From the NCBI GenBank assembly GCA_951406725.2, contig OX597823.1, positions 107,570,001 to 107,634,000 on the forward strand: 64,000 bases of DNA, given 5' to 3'. This document shows positions 26,410 to 40,872 of the stretch, piece by piece. The stretch's first letter is position 1. Each line of letters starts with the position of its first letter. Source of the stretch: Octopus vulgaris. Lineage: Eukaryota. A program made the position numbers and the translations under genes. Under the pieces are notes generated by a model. That model did no database searches. It was given only the letters and a program-made list of their open reading frames with translations, and was not told the origin of the DNA.

Positions 26410-26630
26410 TTGTTCAGAATTGTTAGAGCGACAGAAAAAAAATGCCTTGTGGTAGGTGTGGTTCCATGGTTCTGAGTTAAAATCTCACCCGGGATCAAGT
26501 GTGCCTTTCTTTCATCTTTTCGGGGTGTCCATAAAATAAAAGTATTATTCATGTACTGGCGTCGATGTAATCGATTATCTATGCCACCACTCCCTCAAAT
26601 TTCAGGCATTGTACCTACGCTAGAAACAAT
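26410..26630 (+). mobile_element. SINE family B
   Basis: gttagagcgacagaaaaaaatgccttgtgg...ttctgagtt...ctttcatcttttcggggt...gtcgatgtaatcga...aatttcaggcattgtaccta. Confidence 0.75.
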
Positions 26631-28878
26631 TACAAGAGGAAGGTGTAGGTGTGAACGGTGAAATTGAAGTGGTTAAATGGGGTTACTGTATGAGACTGTA
26701 GGCTGATGTCAAGAACTGAATGAAGGGTAGTGTGTAGGTTAATTAGAATTACCTCTATGGTATCCACCTGCCTTCTATTTTATGGATCCTATATTGTTAC
26801 AGTGTTGGCGTATATAGATCTTGGTATGACTTTATTGTTATTGATGCGAATATCTGTTTCTAGTTTGTTGTTATTTGTATTTCGCATTTGTACTTTCCCT
26901 ATAATAATTATTCTCACCCCAAGAAATCACGATTACTATTATTATTGTGATTTTTTTTTTTTTTTTTTTTTTTTGCAAGCCGACAAGCTAATCCGATTAA
27001 GTCATCTGCCGATAATAAGAAATTAAGATACCTGCAAGGTAGTCACTCTCTCCACCCTTTCTTACGCCATATTTTCACAACGAAATATCAATTAGTTCTG
27101 TTGACTTTGCTATTTATTTATATAAGGGACAAAAATAATAGGAAATAAACAGAACACCACCACCACCACCACTATGAATAAACTCTGGCAACAAATTTAT
27201 AAAACTGGCGAATGGAAAGCAAGAAAAAAAGAGTTTCACTAAAAACAGGGAATGGGACCAGGAAATAATAAGTAATTAAATTAAGAAAGAAAAAAGAAAT
27301 TAAATGCAATGAACAAATTATTTCCAAACGTTGACAACAAACAAACACACACAAAAAAAGCAAAACCATTCGTTTCTAATTCGAAAATGTTTTGTCACTC
27401 TGAACTACAATTAAATATATATAATTTGAGAAAATTTGAGAGGGGAGTGCTGCTGCACACACACACACACACACGGATGACTAGACAAATGTTTTCATAA
27501 TGCCTCATGACGAAAGAAACTCTACGTCTTTGTTCGAATTACCAAACATAGCAGTGAAATTTCATTGAAATTCACCTTAGCATCTAAAGAATAAAAAAAA
27601 ACAATATAGGGTTGCACATTGAACAGAAAAACCTAATGGTCACGACCAGATGCACCTCATCAAAACGGACCAACATCAACCAAAACCTATTTTAAAATCT
27701 ATTCAACTGATTTTTACCAACAGAAACATCGTATGTCACAAAATTCTGATGAAAATAATGTGCGTTTATGTACACACGGAGAGCACGGAACTGTTGACCC
27801 AGTTAAATGTTAAAGTACTACCAACAGTTTAAATCCAGAATATATAAACATAATATGTTCACACACGCACACAGGAAACTTTCAGTAAACAACAATATCT
27901 CAGCATATTACACACAAACTCTTCATCTATACACCCGAGTCAGCTGTGTTATCCAAATTCATCAATCACAGAAGGTTACATACTAACTGGTTGACAGGAT
28001 AGAATATTTTTTAGCTTTGTTTATCAAGACAACATATGATTTAAACACAAGACATCTTACATATTATCCGATCGTTCCCGAGCCTTGATTTAATAAGTCC
28101 GCTGAAAAATAGCCGACCAAGGTTTACTCAACAACATCAATGGCCAAATAAACAAAGTATAAAACTGCAACATAATACAGAATCTACCACCTCTCAAGTG
28201 TTTGAGTAAAATATGATAAAATAAAAACCAAGCCATCGTAGAAAAAGTCAACGAGATATTATTTTTGTCCTCCTTTCGCTTTGTGGAGGTGCGTGTAAGA
28301 GTGAAGGCATAAACCGATTATTATCCAGGTTGTGATTTTAGATCGGTCCGTATCAGCATATTTATGAGCTCATATACACACAGACATGCAGTCACATCGA
28401 CGGATTTAACAGGAAATATAAACTAGGTGAATCCTATACAGTTTTGATTGTCATCAACATAGATATAGAATGCATTCGGCAAAATGGTTCTATATTCCAT
28501 GTGGCTACACACACACACACACCTGAAACCATCGTGTTCAAAAACAAACCTGATAAGAAAGATGTGAAGTGGTAACAAAATGTAAATATCTTCTGTTTTC
28601 AAAATGCGTTCTTTTTCGTGTACAAGTATATAAACACATTTTACATGTGTGAACATCAAGGAATATTGCGTTTCGGTATCATTACATAGATAAGCAGAGG
28701 ACACAATTACACATATCTGTATAGTTGGACGGATTGGTTTTATGAAAGGCACAAAATCGAGGTAGAAAGAAGCAGAATTAAAAACAAAAATCCAAGCCCG
28801 AACGATAACATAAGAAAAGACAATAAACAATGATATTAACAATAAAAAAAAAAATGGAAAAGAAATGATGCCACTCAC

Positions 28879-29412
28879 TCGCTCGGTTTGCAGTAGCAGC
28901 AGACTTATATCGCTCTTGCAATGAAAAACTATTCAATAACCCTCACAGAAAGCAGTTTTTTTTTTCCGTTTTTTCATTTCAATAAGAGATCTCTTTCCGC
29001 TTTCTTTCTCTACTATATATACATATCTTATATACACATATATACATACTCTTTTATGTATGTACGTACATACATATGTATGTATGTAATTATAACTAAA
29101 AAAAAAACCGTCAAAGTGAAAGAGCCCTGTCCTGTGAAGCTGTGCGGCTCGGATCCAATGAAAGAAGCAGCAGCAGCAGTGAAAGCGGTAGAAACAGCAG
29201 CAGCAGCTATAGTAACAGCAGCAGTCACAGTAATAGCAGCAGCTGCAACAACAGCAGCAGCGGCGGCGGCAGCAGTTACAGCAGCAAACAACAAAATGTA
29301 AATAGTACAAGAGTACTTGCTGGCTGGTTTAGTTGGCTTTTGGTCTGCTTGCTTTATTTGTGTTTAGTACGTTCGGGACACAGCTGACTTGCTTAGTTAG
29401 GACGGAAAGTGA
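28879..29412 (-). other. Candidate alternative first (non-coding) exon of the minus-strand gene
   Basis: Donor GCGA|gtgagt at 28879/28878; CpG-rich; (GCT/GCC)n tract; Inr-like tccaTTCACTtt near 29410. The upstream boundary is inferred. Confidence 0.55.
29165..29290. repeat. Imperfect (CAG/CAA/GCG)n trinucleotide repeat
   Basis: gcagcagcagcagtg...gcagcggcggcggcagcag; source of the spurious poly-Ala, poly-Ser and poly-Cys ORFs. Confidence 0.9.
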
Positions 29413-29552
29413 ATGGACAGCACACACACACACACGCGCGCGAGCAATCGCTCCTCGCACATGCTTAGGCGGTCGTCGGAAGATTGGAGATGCAGCCGAG
29501 TGGCACTACCGACACAACCACCACCACTACCATAACGATTACAACAGTTATC

Positions 29553-29585
<33 letters not shown>

Positions 29586-29600
29586 CTTGTCAGCTGTTAC
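29380..29600 (-). promoter_or_regulatory. Putative proximal promoter (CpG-rich)
   Basis: Dense CpG (acgcgcgcgagcaatcgctcctcgc, ggcggtcgtcgg), an ETS-like cggaa motif and (CA)n/(TAC)n tracts just upstream of the candidate first exon. Confidence 0.45.
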
Positions 29601-31229
29601 TGGTGTGTACCGACAGAGAAATGCCTTGACAACCAAAACAATTTCGAAATCCGAAGGCTATTTAAACATGATAACCATATAAGTGCAGCTCGACCAACTT
29701 ATGAAGAATACACGCTATTTAAAAAAGGGAATTCATTATCATCATAAACAGCAAAGTGTACGAATACGATAAGTACACACGAACTATCTCATTGCTTACC
29801 CTAAGATAAGCCCTTCCTTATGCATCAGACCCGTGGCCATTCCATCCATTTTCTGTGTGAAAAGAAATCGGCTCCATATAACAGAATGCGTAATTTGCAT
29901 TATGGAATGTGTGCTACTGTAAAACATCCTGAAGTGATTTGAAAGAGATTCGATATGTATTTTGTAGCTGGTCGAGCGACGACAACGCAGGTCTTTTTAT
30001 CGTGGTCCGTTTATCCAGTAGACTGTCAAGCTGAACAAACAGATGGCTTCTTATTTACAATTACCACTAACATCATCATCATCATCAACAATGGTGTCAA
30101 CGACGAGAGATAAGAGATCGAGAGGGACTTCGGACACATTCACGAGACTAATTAATTTTTAATTCACACGCAAGACTGGAAAATTTACATCTGTTTATGT
30201 TCTCTATCTAATATTTTAAGTGCACATGTGTGTTTAAACGGAGCCAAAAGAGACCTTAGCAAATACTGTGGCCGGAATAAAGGGGGAACTCTTCATTCAA
30301 GCCGAATGCGATGATAGACGAACAAATAACAAAGATGAGATGCACTCGTTTCACTTCTCATTTCATCCACATTAACACGGGATACACAAGAATATGCACA
30401 TGTGCACGCGCACACATATATACATATAAGCATGCATACATGGGAGTATATGTGTGTGTATAGACACACAAATATGCATACATCTGTACATGTATGTGTA
30501 TACATATATACATGCACTTTTAAGCACAAATATATAGAGATAACACATGAAAAAAAAAACTGTGCGCGCGCACACACATTTATTGCTCCCGGACCCTCTG
30601 CTTCATTTTCTATCACTGTCCTCTTCCCCGGTTATTCTGTATCCGAAACGCCCTCCTCTCATTTCTCTCCATCGGACCCAACCCCTTTCCGTTAACGTCT
30701 CTCCTGATTTCATGTCACTCTCCTCTATTTCTCCCTCTCTTGTTCCCATTTCACTCACATCTCCCGTCCATATTCGCTTTATAATGCTGGCTAGCCCTGG
30801 ACCCAACTTCTTACAACTCAGCTTGTAACAATGCCACTGAGCCCCCCGCCCTTCTCACTAACTCTCACCCCCACCAATCATACTCAACCTCCCCCCAATA
30901 GTGTTTACTCTGTTACTCTCAACTACCACCTTCTCACAACTATAAATCTATAATACTCGTGTTATTTGACGCTTCCTCGTCACCCCACCAAAATATCATA
31001 CCCTCTTCTATTCTCCTTCAGTTACGGGGCCCACATTTGGCACTTAGTCTTCCAATCTGCAGTGCTAGAGGCAGAAAGGAACACAAAAAAACCCGGCATA
31101 CTCTGCAAAGTGGTTGATGTTAGAAAAGGCTTCTGGCTGCAGAAGCTGATACTGGAGCACAATAGAGAACCTCAATCCGTTGGATCCTATTGACCCATTC
31201 AACGTAGAACACAAGAGTGTGTGTGTAGC

Positions 31230-31610
31230 TGCAGATACAGCTATGCTGTTATGAACTTTGTTTCCCATTCATGCAGTCTTGGGTTCAGTTCCACTGCATG
31301 TTACCTAGAGCAAGTGTCTTTCATAAAAGCTGTAAGCCACCCTAAGTCTAGTAGGTACTGGTGATAGATGGAAACTGAAAGAAGCCTATCGTGTGGGAGA
31401 GTGTGTTAGTGTCTCTTTGTCTTGACAAAGCACAATAGTGGTGTATTACTGTCATTCGTTTTCAATCTTCCATGTCCTGACCATAGGGAAGTATTGCCTA
31501 CACAGGTGAGAGTTGGCAATAGTAAGAGTATATGGGCCTTAGATAATTTGCCTCTACGCATTCCATCTAAACGATACAAGCAAGCAGTGTGCACATCCGC
31601 ATAGATGAAA
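31230..31610 (+). mobile_element. Family A SINE with RTE-type tail
   Basis: gggttcagttccactgcatgttacctagagcaagtgtctt...gatggaaactgaaagaagcc, then tail caggtgagagttggcaa...ttccatct. Confidence 0.75.
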
Positions 31611-31846
31611 CACACATCATTAGTTCCTATATATATCTCATCATAGAGGTAGGTTGTTTGGAACTCTGCATTGGATGTTCCAGGTGCAACAGATCATCGA
31701 CGGAACACTTTATAACATTACATTGCAGAGAACTAATATTTACATTCAGTCTGTATATCATAATATAAGTAGTAGTAGTGTGAGTGTGTGTATATCTATC
31801 TGTCTACACACACACACACACATATATATACACACACATGCACATG

Positions 31847-32029
31847 CAGTAATCCCTTGATAGGTGAAAATCGTGAAGTAAAAACACTACTGTATACTCT
31901 TTTACTATTGTTTTTATAATTCATATATATCTATTTTATTATAAATGCAAAACACCACCATGGAGGAGTCGACATAAGCTTAAATAACAAACCGTGATAG
32001 GTGAACCACGATATAGCGAGGGATTACTG
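31847..32029. mobile_element. Tigger/pogo-like MITE
   Basis: TIRs CAGTAATCCCT...AGGGATTACTG, 3' TA target site (5' side reads TG), subterminal gtgataggtgaa repeat, AT-rich non-coding interior. Confidence 0.85.
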
Positions 32030-32039
32030 TATGTATAAA

Positions 32040-32140
32040 ATGGGCTTCTTTCTTTCTATTTCCATCTACCAAAGCCATCATAAGGTTTTGGTCAGCCCAA
32101 AGCTATAACAGAAGACACTTGCTCTCAGTGCCATGCACTT
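32040..32140 (-). mobile_element. Family A SINE fragment
   Basis: atgggcttcttt...tttccatctaccaaa...aaggttttggtcagccc...gaagacacttgc. Confidence 0.75.
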
Positions 32141-32900
32141 AGGGCGTGTGTCTTATCACACAAAAGTGCCTGTACCTATGTGTACTTTTTACATAATGAA
32201 GTAAAAGGATTTAGAACCTCATACGAAAAGGATTTAGAACTTCATGACTACATTTATACAGTGAAAAGAATCCATGCATATTATTCACCCACTCATGTTA
32301 CTGGTCTCTAGAAATACAAAGAAAAGAAAACAAGTGGAGTCGGCTGAAATTATCTACTTAGGTCATTCTGATTCATGTTTAAGAGAAAATTATAATGCGA
32401 AATTATTTTATATACCTGCACATTATTGAAGCTACACGCTTTTGCTCCGATGATGAGAGGATATATAATATATAATGAGAGGATGTATAATATATAAAGT
32501 TGTTCAAGATAGTTTAATTAGGTTCCATAATAGTCACTGAAACATGTAAATAGTTTCAACTTCTGTTTGTGTGTGTGAGTGCACATGTGTATGCATGTTT
32601 GTGTGTATATATATATATATATATATTTATTTATATCTTCTGAAAAGGCATAGGCAAAACAAAATACATAGAGCAATGCCTATGTATTAAATATTACACA
32701 CACACAAATGCATTTGAGTGTGTGTGTGTGTGTGTATGCATCCTTGTGTTTATTTTCAGGCCCCCACCTCTGCTTGACAACCAGTGTTAATTTATGAGCC
32801 CATACTGTGGCAGTTCAGCAAACCAGGCTAAGAGAATAAGTAAGACTTTAAAAAATAAGTGAATGTATAAATGTGTGTGCATGTGAATGTATATATACAC

Positions 32901-32963
<63 letters not shown>

Positions 32964-33505
32964 CACACATACACACACACAGAAAGAGAGTGAGATGGAT
33001 GGATGTAAGCTACCACTTGTTTAGTTTGATGAATTTCTATGCTAGGATGGGTTAGACAAACCTGTTACGAGGCTTTGTTTTGATCTCATTCCAGTCATTA
33101 ACTCCTTCGAAAGTGCAAAGCAAGCAGACAAGTTGTTGACAGAGCAAGAACCAACACATATGCATGACAGTATACAAATTATACTTTATATATAAATTCC
33201 CTATATATATTTCCTATGGTTAGTTGCAGTTCATTAGAAACTAAATTAGTTTTCACAAACTAAGATATACATGTTTGAGTACACAAATACATTGTATACT
33301 GAACCATCCATCACCAAACATAACTTAAAGATACCTTTTTTTTTTTTTGTGAACATAAACTAGAAAGACCTATATGATAGTTTTTATGATATACGCATTT
33401 TCCATGATTAACCAAGATCTTTTGTTGCTTTTCTTTTTACAAGAAATCTATTACCAACGAGATGTCCTTGATTGTCACTTCTTTCTATGTATAGCCACTG
33501 ACTAT

Positions 33506-33551
<46 letters not shown>

Positions 33552-35770
33552 CACAAATACATATAAAAAAGAAACCGAATATTTTTGCCACTAAAAGGAG
33601 CTGGCCTGTGGTCTTTTTGTTGGATCTACCACTGAACAATGTGATTCAAAATAATGAAAACAATGAATGGGACAGAATATATAAATTTATCTATCTTCCC
33701 AACTGTCTCTATCTATCAATTTATATATATATATATTTGCACATCAATATACATATATTAAAATATGTGTGTATCTATGCCTGTGTACATATATATACAT
33801 AAACAAACACACGTCAATAATATATACAATATATTCAACTATATATCAATAATATACATATGCACACACACACATGTATCTCTATCATCATCACCATTTA
33901 ATGTCTGTCTTCCATATATAAACCCCTTGGACTTTGATATTACGATGATGCAAATATAAAGAAACGAAATCTAATGCTATTTGATACCATCTAACCACAG
34001 GATCCAGTCTGGAAATGTAAACATGAAAGGCATCTTTATACCTTCTCTTCCATGCTAAACACTATTGTCTGCAGTGAAAGTATTACCTATTAACTTGTAC
34101 TTCAGAGAGAGTGGTTTGTTAAGAGTTGAGCATGTCGCATTAGATTTCATTTTAAACATTTGCATCTTAATATTAGACTCAGTTTGGGGAAGAATGTTTA
34201 TTCACAACTAACGTGGTCTGCTACTAGTGAATAAACAAATGTCTGTTGTGAAGGCTTTGTAGTGATAAAGTTATTAAATAATGGCCATATGAAATTTAAA
34301 TGACTTCAGATAATTATGTAGGACTTAAAAATGGTACTACGTCACGAAAATTTAAGCGAGAATGAATTCCAGTAATTAGTTTTTAAGTCTGGCCCATATT
34401 CTATTGGCCACTTTTGCTGAATGGGTATTCTGGGGGATGTAAACAAACCAGTACTGGTTGTCAAGCAATGTGGGAGATAAACACTAATACACATATATAT
34501 TCAAGGATAAATATACATTTAACGTTGATATTTATACATATATATGTACATATATTTGGGTTTACACATGGTAAGTTATTGATTACACCTAACTTTGACT
34601 CTGTACAAGGCATCCTACTACACTCTTACTGGAGTGAACAGTATTAGGGCCATGAAAAGTGCACAACATACACTGCTTCATGGTAGACAAATGAGCTGAG
34701 GAACCTAGGGTTGTGAAGTCCTTTTAATGCTGTCTCAATGAGGAGTTATAATACCACCTGCAGTGTTAGTACCAAGAGAAAATGCATCCCATATACTCTG
34801 TGAATTGGCTGGTATAAGAAGGGCATCCAGCTGTACAAAGCAAGACAAATGACACATACAAGCACCAACCTTCAGGTGATGCAGCTCTCAATAAGAAATG
34901 ACTGTCTAACTCATGCCAGCATGGAAAGCAGACATAAAATGAAAATGTATTTATATGTATGCAGAGATGTTTCCAATAGTGTAGATTATATAATGCTGAT
35001 GTTTCAAACGTAACTCTGAACAAAACAAAAAATGGATGAAAAAATGCTAAAGTTACAGTAATTAGTGGTAACAAAGTCAGTGATGGTAGTCGAGAATGAA
35101 AGAAAACTGCAAATAAAAAAAAAATTCCAAAATTTTATTGACAGTCTTAATGTATGCCCTCGAAAATGTGCTGCTTTGCAAAATTCCATCAAAGATTATG
35201 TATTTTTAACAAAATTATGAAGAGAAAGTCAGGAGGTTTTTTTTCTCTCATTTTTTTCCCAACACATTATAAATCTATATAATCAAAAATATCTTCACAA
35301 AAATTTTGTTATGATGAAATAAGCATTTTTAAGAAAGTCATGAGGAAATAAAGTTGGACAAGGGGAGCACACACATACACACACACAACGGTATATATCT
35401 CCTTCCAGACAATCAGGTCATAGTCACTCATACGTAAATACACATACATTTATTTCCATACACAAGTACACACATGAATATGCATTCATACCTTGCACAG
35501 TATGTGGGTGAATATGTACATGATCAGCTACCATTAACATACTGTCTTGCTATCCATATATCCCTGCTGAGACAATACATTTTACTTCATTAATGCATTA
35601 TAATAAACTATCGTTACTATGTATATCAGCTGCTGTGACAATATCATCATCACCACTACAACTCTGATATCACACACACATACATAAAGGGAGAGAGAGA
35701 GTAACTAAATTACTATGGTAACTAAACGAACTCGGTCACCAACCATCACACCAGTCAGTCTATGTGTGTG

Positions 35771-35829
<59 letters not shown>

Positions 35830-38119
35830 ATAATATACAAATGTAGAAAGTATAGATCTACTTTCACTATTGATAAATGCAATTAAATACAAAACAACAA
35901 AATCCTAACTCATTCTACAAGATTGTTTAGCTTAGTTGTAACTGAACACACCTATAATCAAAGGTGCTCCAGCCATGACCAAGCAGTTAATTATTTTCCA
36001 GGCAATGAAATATACTGACCAAATGCTTTTTCTTTTGTATGACAGTGGGTGTGAGGTGGCTGTTATGTCTAGCAAGTCGAGTAATCTTGTAGAGTTACCT
36101 TACCAGCTCTTTCTTTACGTTGTGATGGAAAAATTAAGTTATGAAACATAACCAGCATTAACAGAATGTTTCATTACACACATGTGTCATCCTTATACAC
36201 ACATGTATCAAAAGAATGGACTTTTAAAGAAAGGGAAAGGGAGTGTTGTAACGTTTATATTTTTCCTAGGATTAGTGGCCGTCCTTTCTGGATAGCAGTA
36301 GTAGTAGTTATTGTTTTGTTCTTTTCAGGAAATTCAGAAATCTGTCCCAAGAATGGAAATAAAAAAAAAAGCTTCCGATTCTCAGAAACCACCCATCACA
36401 TATGGTGATTATAGATGAACAGTTTATGTTATTACAATGGAGAGAGAAAGAGAGAGAGAGAGAAAGGTAGAGAGGAATGGGACAGCTATGTAGTAGGACA
36501 TCCATCCTTGCATTCATGCAATAAAAAAATGGTGATAATAAAAAAAAATCCCAACTGTGCAAACCAGAAGTAACCCAGTGCACTCCACCCTTAATTGATG
36601 AGCTGCTAACCAGTTATGCCAAAATACTACTACAATACAACATCTGCATGATATATCAAATTATACAACTGAGTAGTGTACACACATACAAATTTGTGCA
36701 GTATACATGCATACACACGTCTATATATAAGCATTTATATGTATATACAAAGTGGTGACTTAAAAGCTGTAAATGGAGAAACAAATGCTTTTCATATTGC
36801 CATGGTCCCATCCCCATTTATATCATACTTATAACCATTCTACAACCAAAATGATAAAGCTGCTAAAAACAACAACCATATTTGCTACTCCAGATTAAGC
36901 AAAGCCCCATCCAGTTAAAGAAAATAATATCAAGAACAAAAATATTAATAATAACGATGTTAATTGAACATAAATAATTATAAGGATTGTGATAAGGATG
37001 ATAAAATTACATTGAAAATTGTGACAGTTGAAGACACGAGGCCACATTAAAACACATAAACTAAGATAGTAGTCACCATTTGCTTAGTATTATTAATATT
37101 TGTCTGTCTCTTAGACAATTAGATGGCTAATTAATATAATTCTTCTTTAACAACCCAGTGGCTGTCTAGTAATGAGTTAAATGCCACCTATTATTATTAG
37201 GTGAGGTTCATAGAGTTAATTTTTTAAATTCTAATCAAATAACAATGTAAAGTTTCTGATCAAATTTCACTGGAATTAAAACAGAATCAAATATAAAACT
37301 CATTTAATAAAAGTTATAACAAACTCTGCCTCCACAAGTATCAAGTACTTTATTTTGTACTTATAAACATTGTTCTTATGAACAAACACAGATAACATAT
37401 ATAGATATATACTATTTTGGTTTAGGCAGTCTCTTGCAACTCTGAGATTCCCCTGTAGGTGCACAGGAACTTCTGGCAAGTTGTAGAGGGATATTTTTAA
37501 ATACATGCCTCTCATTTATAAAGTGATGAAAGTCCTTTACTTTGACACTAGCACTTGGTCAGTGTTTTTTTTTCCCATGAACTGTGAAAAAAACGAATCT
37601 ATATGTTCTGTAGTCGCCACCTCACGTTCTCTTCCTCAATCTAAAGCTGTTTTTTTTAAATGCCTATCATCCCAGTGATGTGAATTATCATTGGCACAGC
37701 TGGACTATTAGTACCATAGAATATTAGGTGTTTGTGAACTTTCAACAAAACTATGCAGCTTCTAGTTCCCATGGCTGAGGAGAAGTGTTACACGTTCAAT
37801 TTGTATATTTTCATTGTTTCAATGGTCAATATATATACTTACATCACAGAGACCTTTGACAGTTCCAATCCATCTCTCAATTGAGAGGACTAGTCTTGCA
37901 AGCTACTTGGTAACACCACTGATGCTAGTGCAACAAAAAAAGTATCCAAGCTGGTGCCAAATAAAGACCACCCAGGATACATATCAGAGTGTTTGGTGTT
38001 AGGAAGGGCATCCAACCATAAAAGCTCTGCCGAAACAGACAACTGGAGACAGGGACAGCTTTCTAGTGAGCTAGCTCCTATCAAAGCAACCATTCTAAGT
38101 GAGCAACGAAAATGGATAT

Positions 38120-38123
38120 TAAG

Positions 38124-38157
<34 letters not shown>

Positions 38158-39006
38158 GGTGTATATATATACAAATACATATACGTATACATATATATGC
38201 AAATATATATAAGTATATATATCTATATACAAATATATATATACACACGCATATATATACACACACACATACACATATATGTATGTATATATATATATAT
38301 ACACACACAAAAATATAAACATTCAAATACATATAATATAAATACACAAAAAATCAATATATATATATATATATATATATATGCAAAAACTTATATATAT
38401 ATATATGTATATAATTATATATATATAAAATACATATATATATATAAATATACATATCTATATAAGTATATATATATATATGTATATATACATATACTAC
38501 TAATATACGATAAAATTCTTTTCAGAAAAAATTTTATCGAAAGTGGCAGCATATTAAAATACCTTTAAAGGTATATATACATATATATAAATATATATAT
38601 ATATAGCTATATATATAAATATACATATAAAAGTATATTATATATATAAATATACACATAAAAGTATATTATATATATATATATATATACATATAAAAAT
38701 ATATTACATGTATATATATATATATATAAAACTACATTTTATATATATATATTCATATATACATACATGCATACATATATTCATATATACATACATATAT
38801 ATATATATATACACACATACATACATATATATATATATACACATATATATATACACATATATATATACACACACACATATACACACATACATATATATAC
38901 ACACATACATATAAATATATACATACATATATACATACATACATATATACATACATACATACATACATATATACATACATATATACATACATACATACAT
39001 ACATAT

Positions 39007-39037
<31 letters not shown>

Positions 39038-39045
39038 CATACATG
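38120..39045. repeat. Compound (TA)n/(CA)n/(TACA)n microsatellite field
   Basis: Direct reading; produces the YI/HT ORF artefacts. Confidence 0.95.
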
Positions 39046-39047
39046 AC

Positions 39048-39180
39048 AGGCTTCTTTCAGTTTCCATCTAACAGATCCACCTACAAGACTTTGGAAGGCC
39101 CGATACTATAGCAGAAGACACTTGCACAAGGTACCACGCAGTTGGGTCTGAACCCGGAACCATGCGGTTGGGAAGCATAT
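39048..39180 (-). mobile_element. Family A SINE
   Basis: ggcttctttcagtttccatc...gaagacacttgcacaaggtaccacgcag...gaacccggaaccatg. Confidence 0.85.
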
Positions 39181-39509
39181 TGCTATATATATATATACAT
39201 ACATACAGTGGGAGAGAGAAAGAGACAGCTGGATTGAGTGGTACTGCCCAGGTATCAAAACCATAATGACATCCATGAGGCAGCTGATGAGATGCATATG
39301 TTTAATGTGCTTGTTTATTTGTTTGTTTTGCTGACTATACATTTTCTAAATCTTGTGTTCATGTTCCCTTAGTCTGATCCTTCTTTGAGATTCTAATACA
39401 GGAATAAACTTGGTTAAAAAGTTCATAGTTTACAAAGGCTTTGCTGCATACATTAAAAGCAAACTTGATACTGCATATATATAGATAGATAGATATAGAT
39501 ATCTATAAT

Positions 39510-40309
39510 CAGGGTGTGATAAGTAAAGTTTTAATTTCACACATGCCCATTTTTTTATTTTGTCGATTGCACAATATAGTAGGGTCAGTTCCACACCATC
39601 TGTGACAAAAACAGCACCATTACGCAATTCACTCTGCCAGAAATTTGGAAATGACATGCAGTACAGTTTGGTATTTGCATCATAAGCTCGAATACAAACA
39701 TTTCAGAGTGAGTGAGTGTCAGTCTCAGGACAAGTACCGAGTGATAAAAATGAAAGATCCAGTCAACATTGGTGTTTGCAGTTATCTCTAGCAATGGTGA
39801 TGTTATGCCTGCTTTCATCTCCCCACACTGCCTCAGGCTCAACACGGAGACCAACATCAAGTGCCTGGAGGAGGTTGTGCTGCCTGGGTCAAAGGGCAGG
39901 CTGTTGGAAGACCCTATGCTGTCTGGCAACAGGACTCTGCACCAAGCCCTAAAAGCAGGAGAACCCAGTCATGGCTGTAAGACAATTTCTGCAACCACAT
40001 CATCCCTAACACCCCAGACTGCAACCTCCTTAATTATTATATCTGGGGCGCAGTTGAGCAAGAGTCCAACAAAACTCCTTGTAGTAATAAAGCAAGGATT
40101 ATGACAACATTCACCAACTTACACAAGGAAACCGTCCAGAAGAGTTGCAGGAGATTCCAAAGCCATCTGGAGACTTTGGTTGAAGCCAATGGTGAATTTA
40201 TTGAATAAATTTACTCTTTAGTATTTCAAGATATTTTTATGTAACTTTGGTAAATAAGTTTAACATGAGATGTCAGTGCTATTTTCATTTTCGCATAATT
40301 TGGACGACA
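39510..40309 (+). mobile_element. Internally deleted maT (DD37D) transposon
   Basis: 5' terminus CAGGGTG; N-terminal remnant QFTLPEIWK*HAV...NTNISE; then MVFAVISSNGDVMPAFISPHCLRLNTETNIKCLEEVVLP. The 3' part is the reverse complement of 10410-10940. Confidence 0.9.
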
Positions 40310-40546
40310 TATATATATATATGTATGCATAATTTTTCTTTACCTGTTTCAGTCATTAGGCCATGCTGGGGTACTGCTTTGGATTGTTAGTATTTTTTTT
40401 TAACTGGTGCTTATTCTGTCGGCCACTTTTGCCGGAATGTTAAGTTACAGAGATGTAAACACACCAACAACAGTTATCAAATGCTGATGGTGGTGGAGCA
40501 AACAAGGACACATAGATATGTATATATATATATACATATATAACAA

Positions 40547-40835
40547 ACATTCGAGTGAGGTCGTTGCAGGTGCCGCTGGACTGGCTCCTGTGCAGGTGGC
40601 ACATAAAAAGCACCATTTGAGCATGGTCGTTGCCAGGACCATCTGAATGGCCCTTGTGCCGGTGGCATGTAAAAGCACCCAACACACTCTCGGAGTTGTT
40701 GGTGTAAGGAAGGGCATCCAGCTGTAGAAACTCTGCCTGATTAAATCGGAGTCTGGTGCAGCCATCTTGTCCGCCAGACCTCAGTCAAATCATCCAACTC
40801 ATGCTAGCATGGAAAGCGGACGTTAAACGATGATA
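40547..40835 (+). mobile_element. SINE family C with tandem ~66-nt subunits and RTE-type tail
   Basis: Two units catt.gag...ggtcgttgc...gtggca...aaaagcac, then ggaagggcatccagctgtagaaa...catgctagcatggaaagcggacgttaaacgatgat. Confidence 0.8.
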
Positions 40836-40872
40836 TATATATATATATATATACACACATACATACATACAA

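Noticed and set aside
28921-29747. Poly-Ala, poly-Cys, poly-Ser and poly-Thr ORFs
   Set aside because: Translations of trinucleotide repeats in several frames; better explained as 5'UTR and promoter
30580-31030. C-rich stretch with overlapping ORFs
   Set aside because: Pyrimidine-rich low complexity, probably an old repeat; no domain or splice evidence
37954-39111. Long ORFs up to 204 aa rich in Y/I/H/T/C/V (also at 42.7-43.3, 53-59 and 63 kb)
   Set aside because: Stop-free translations of (TA)n and (CA)n microsatellites
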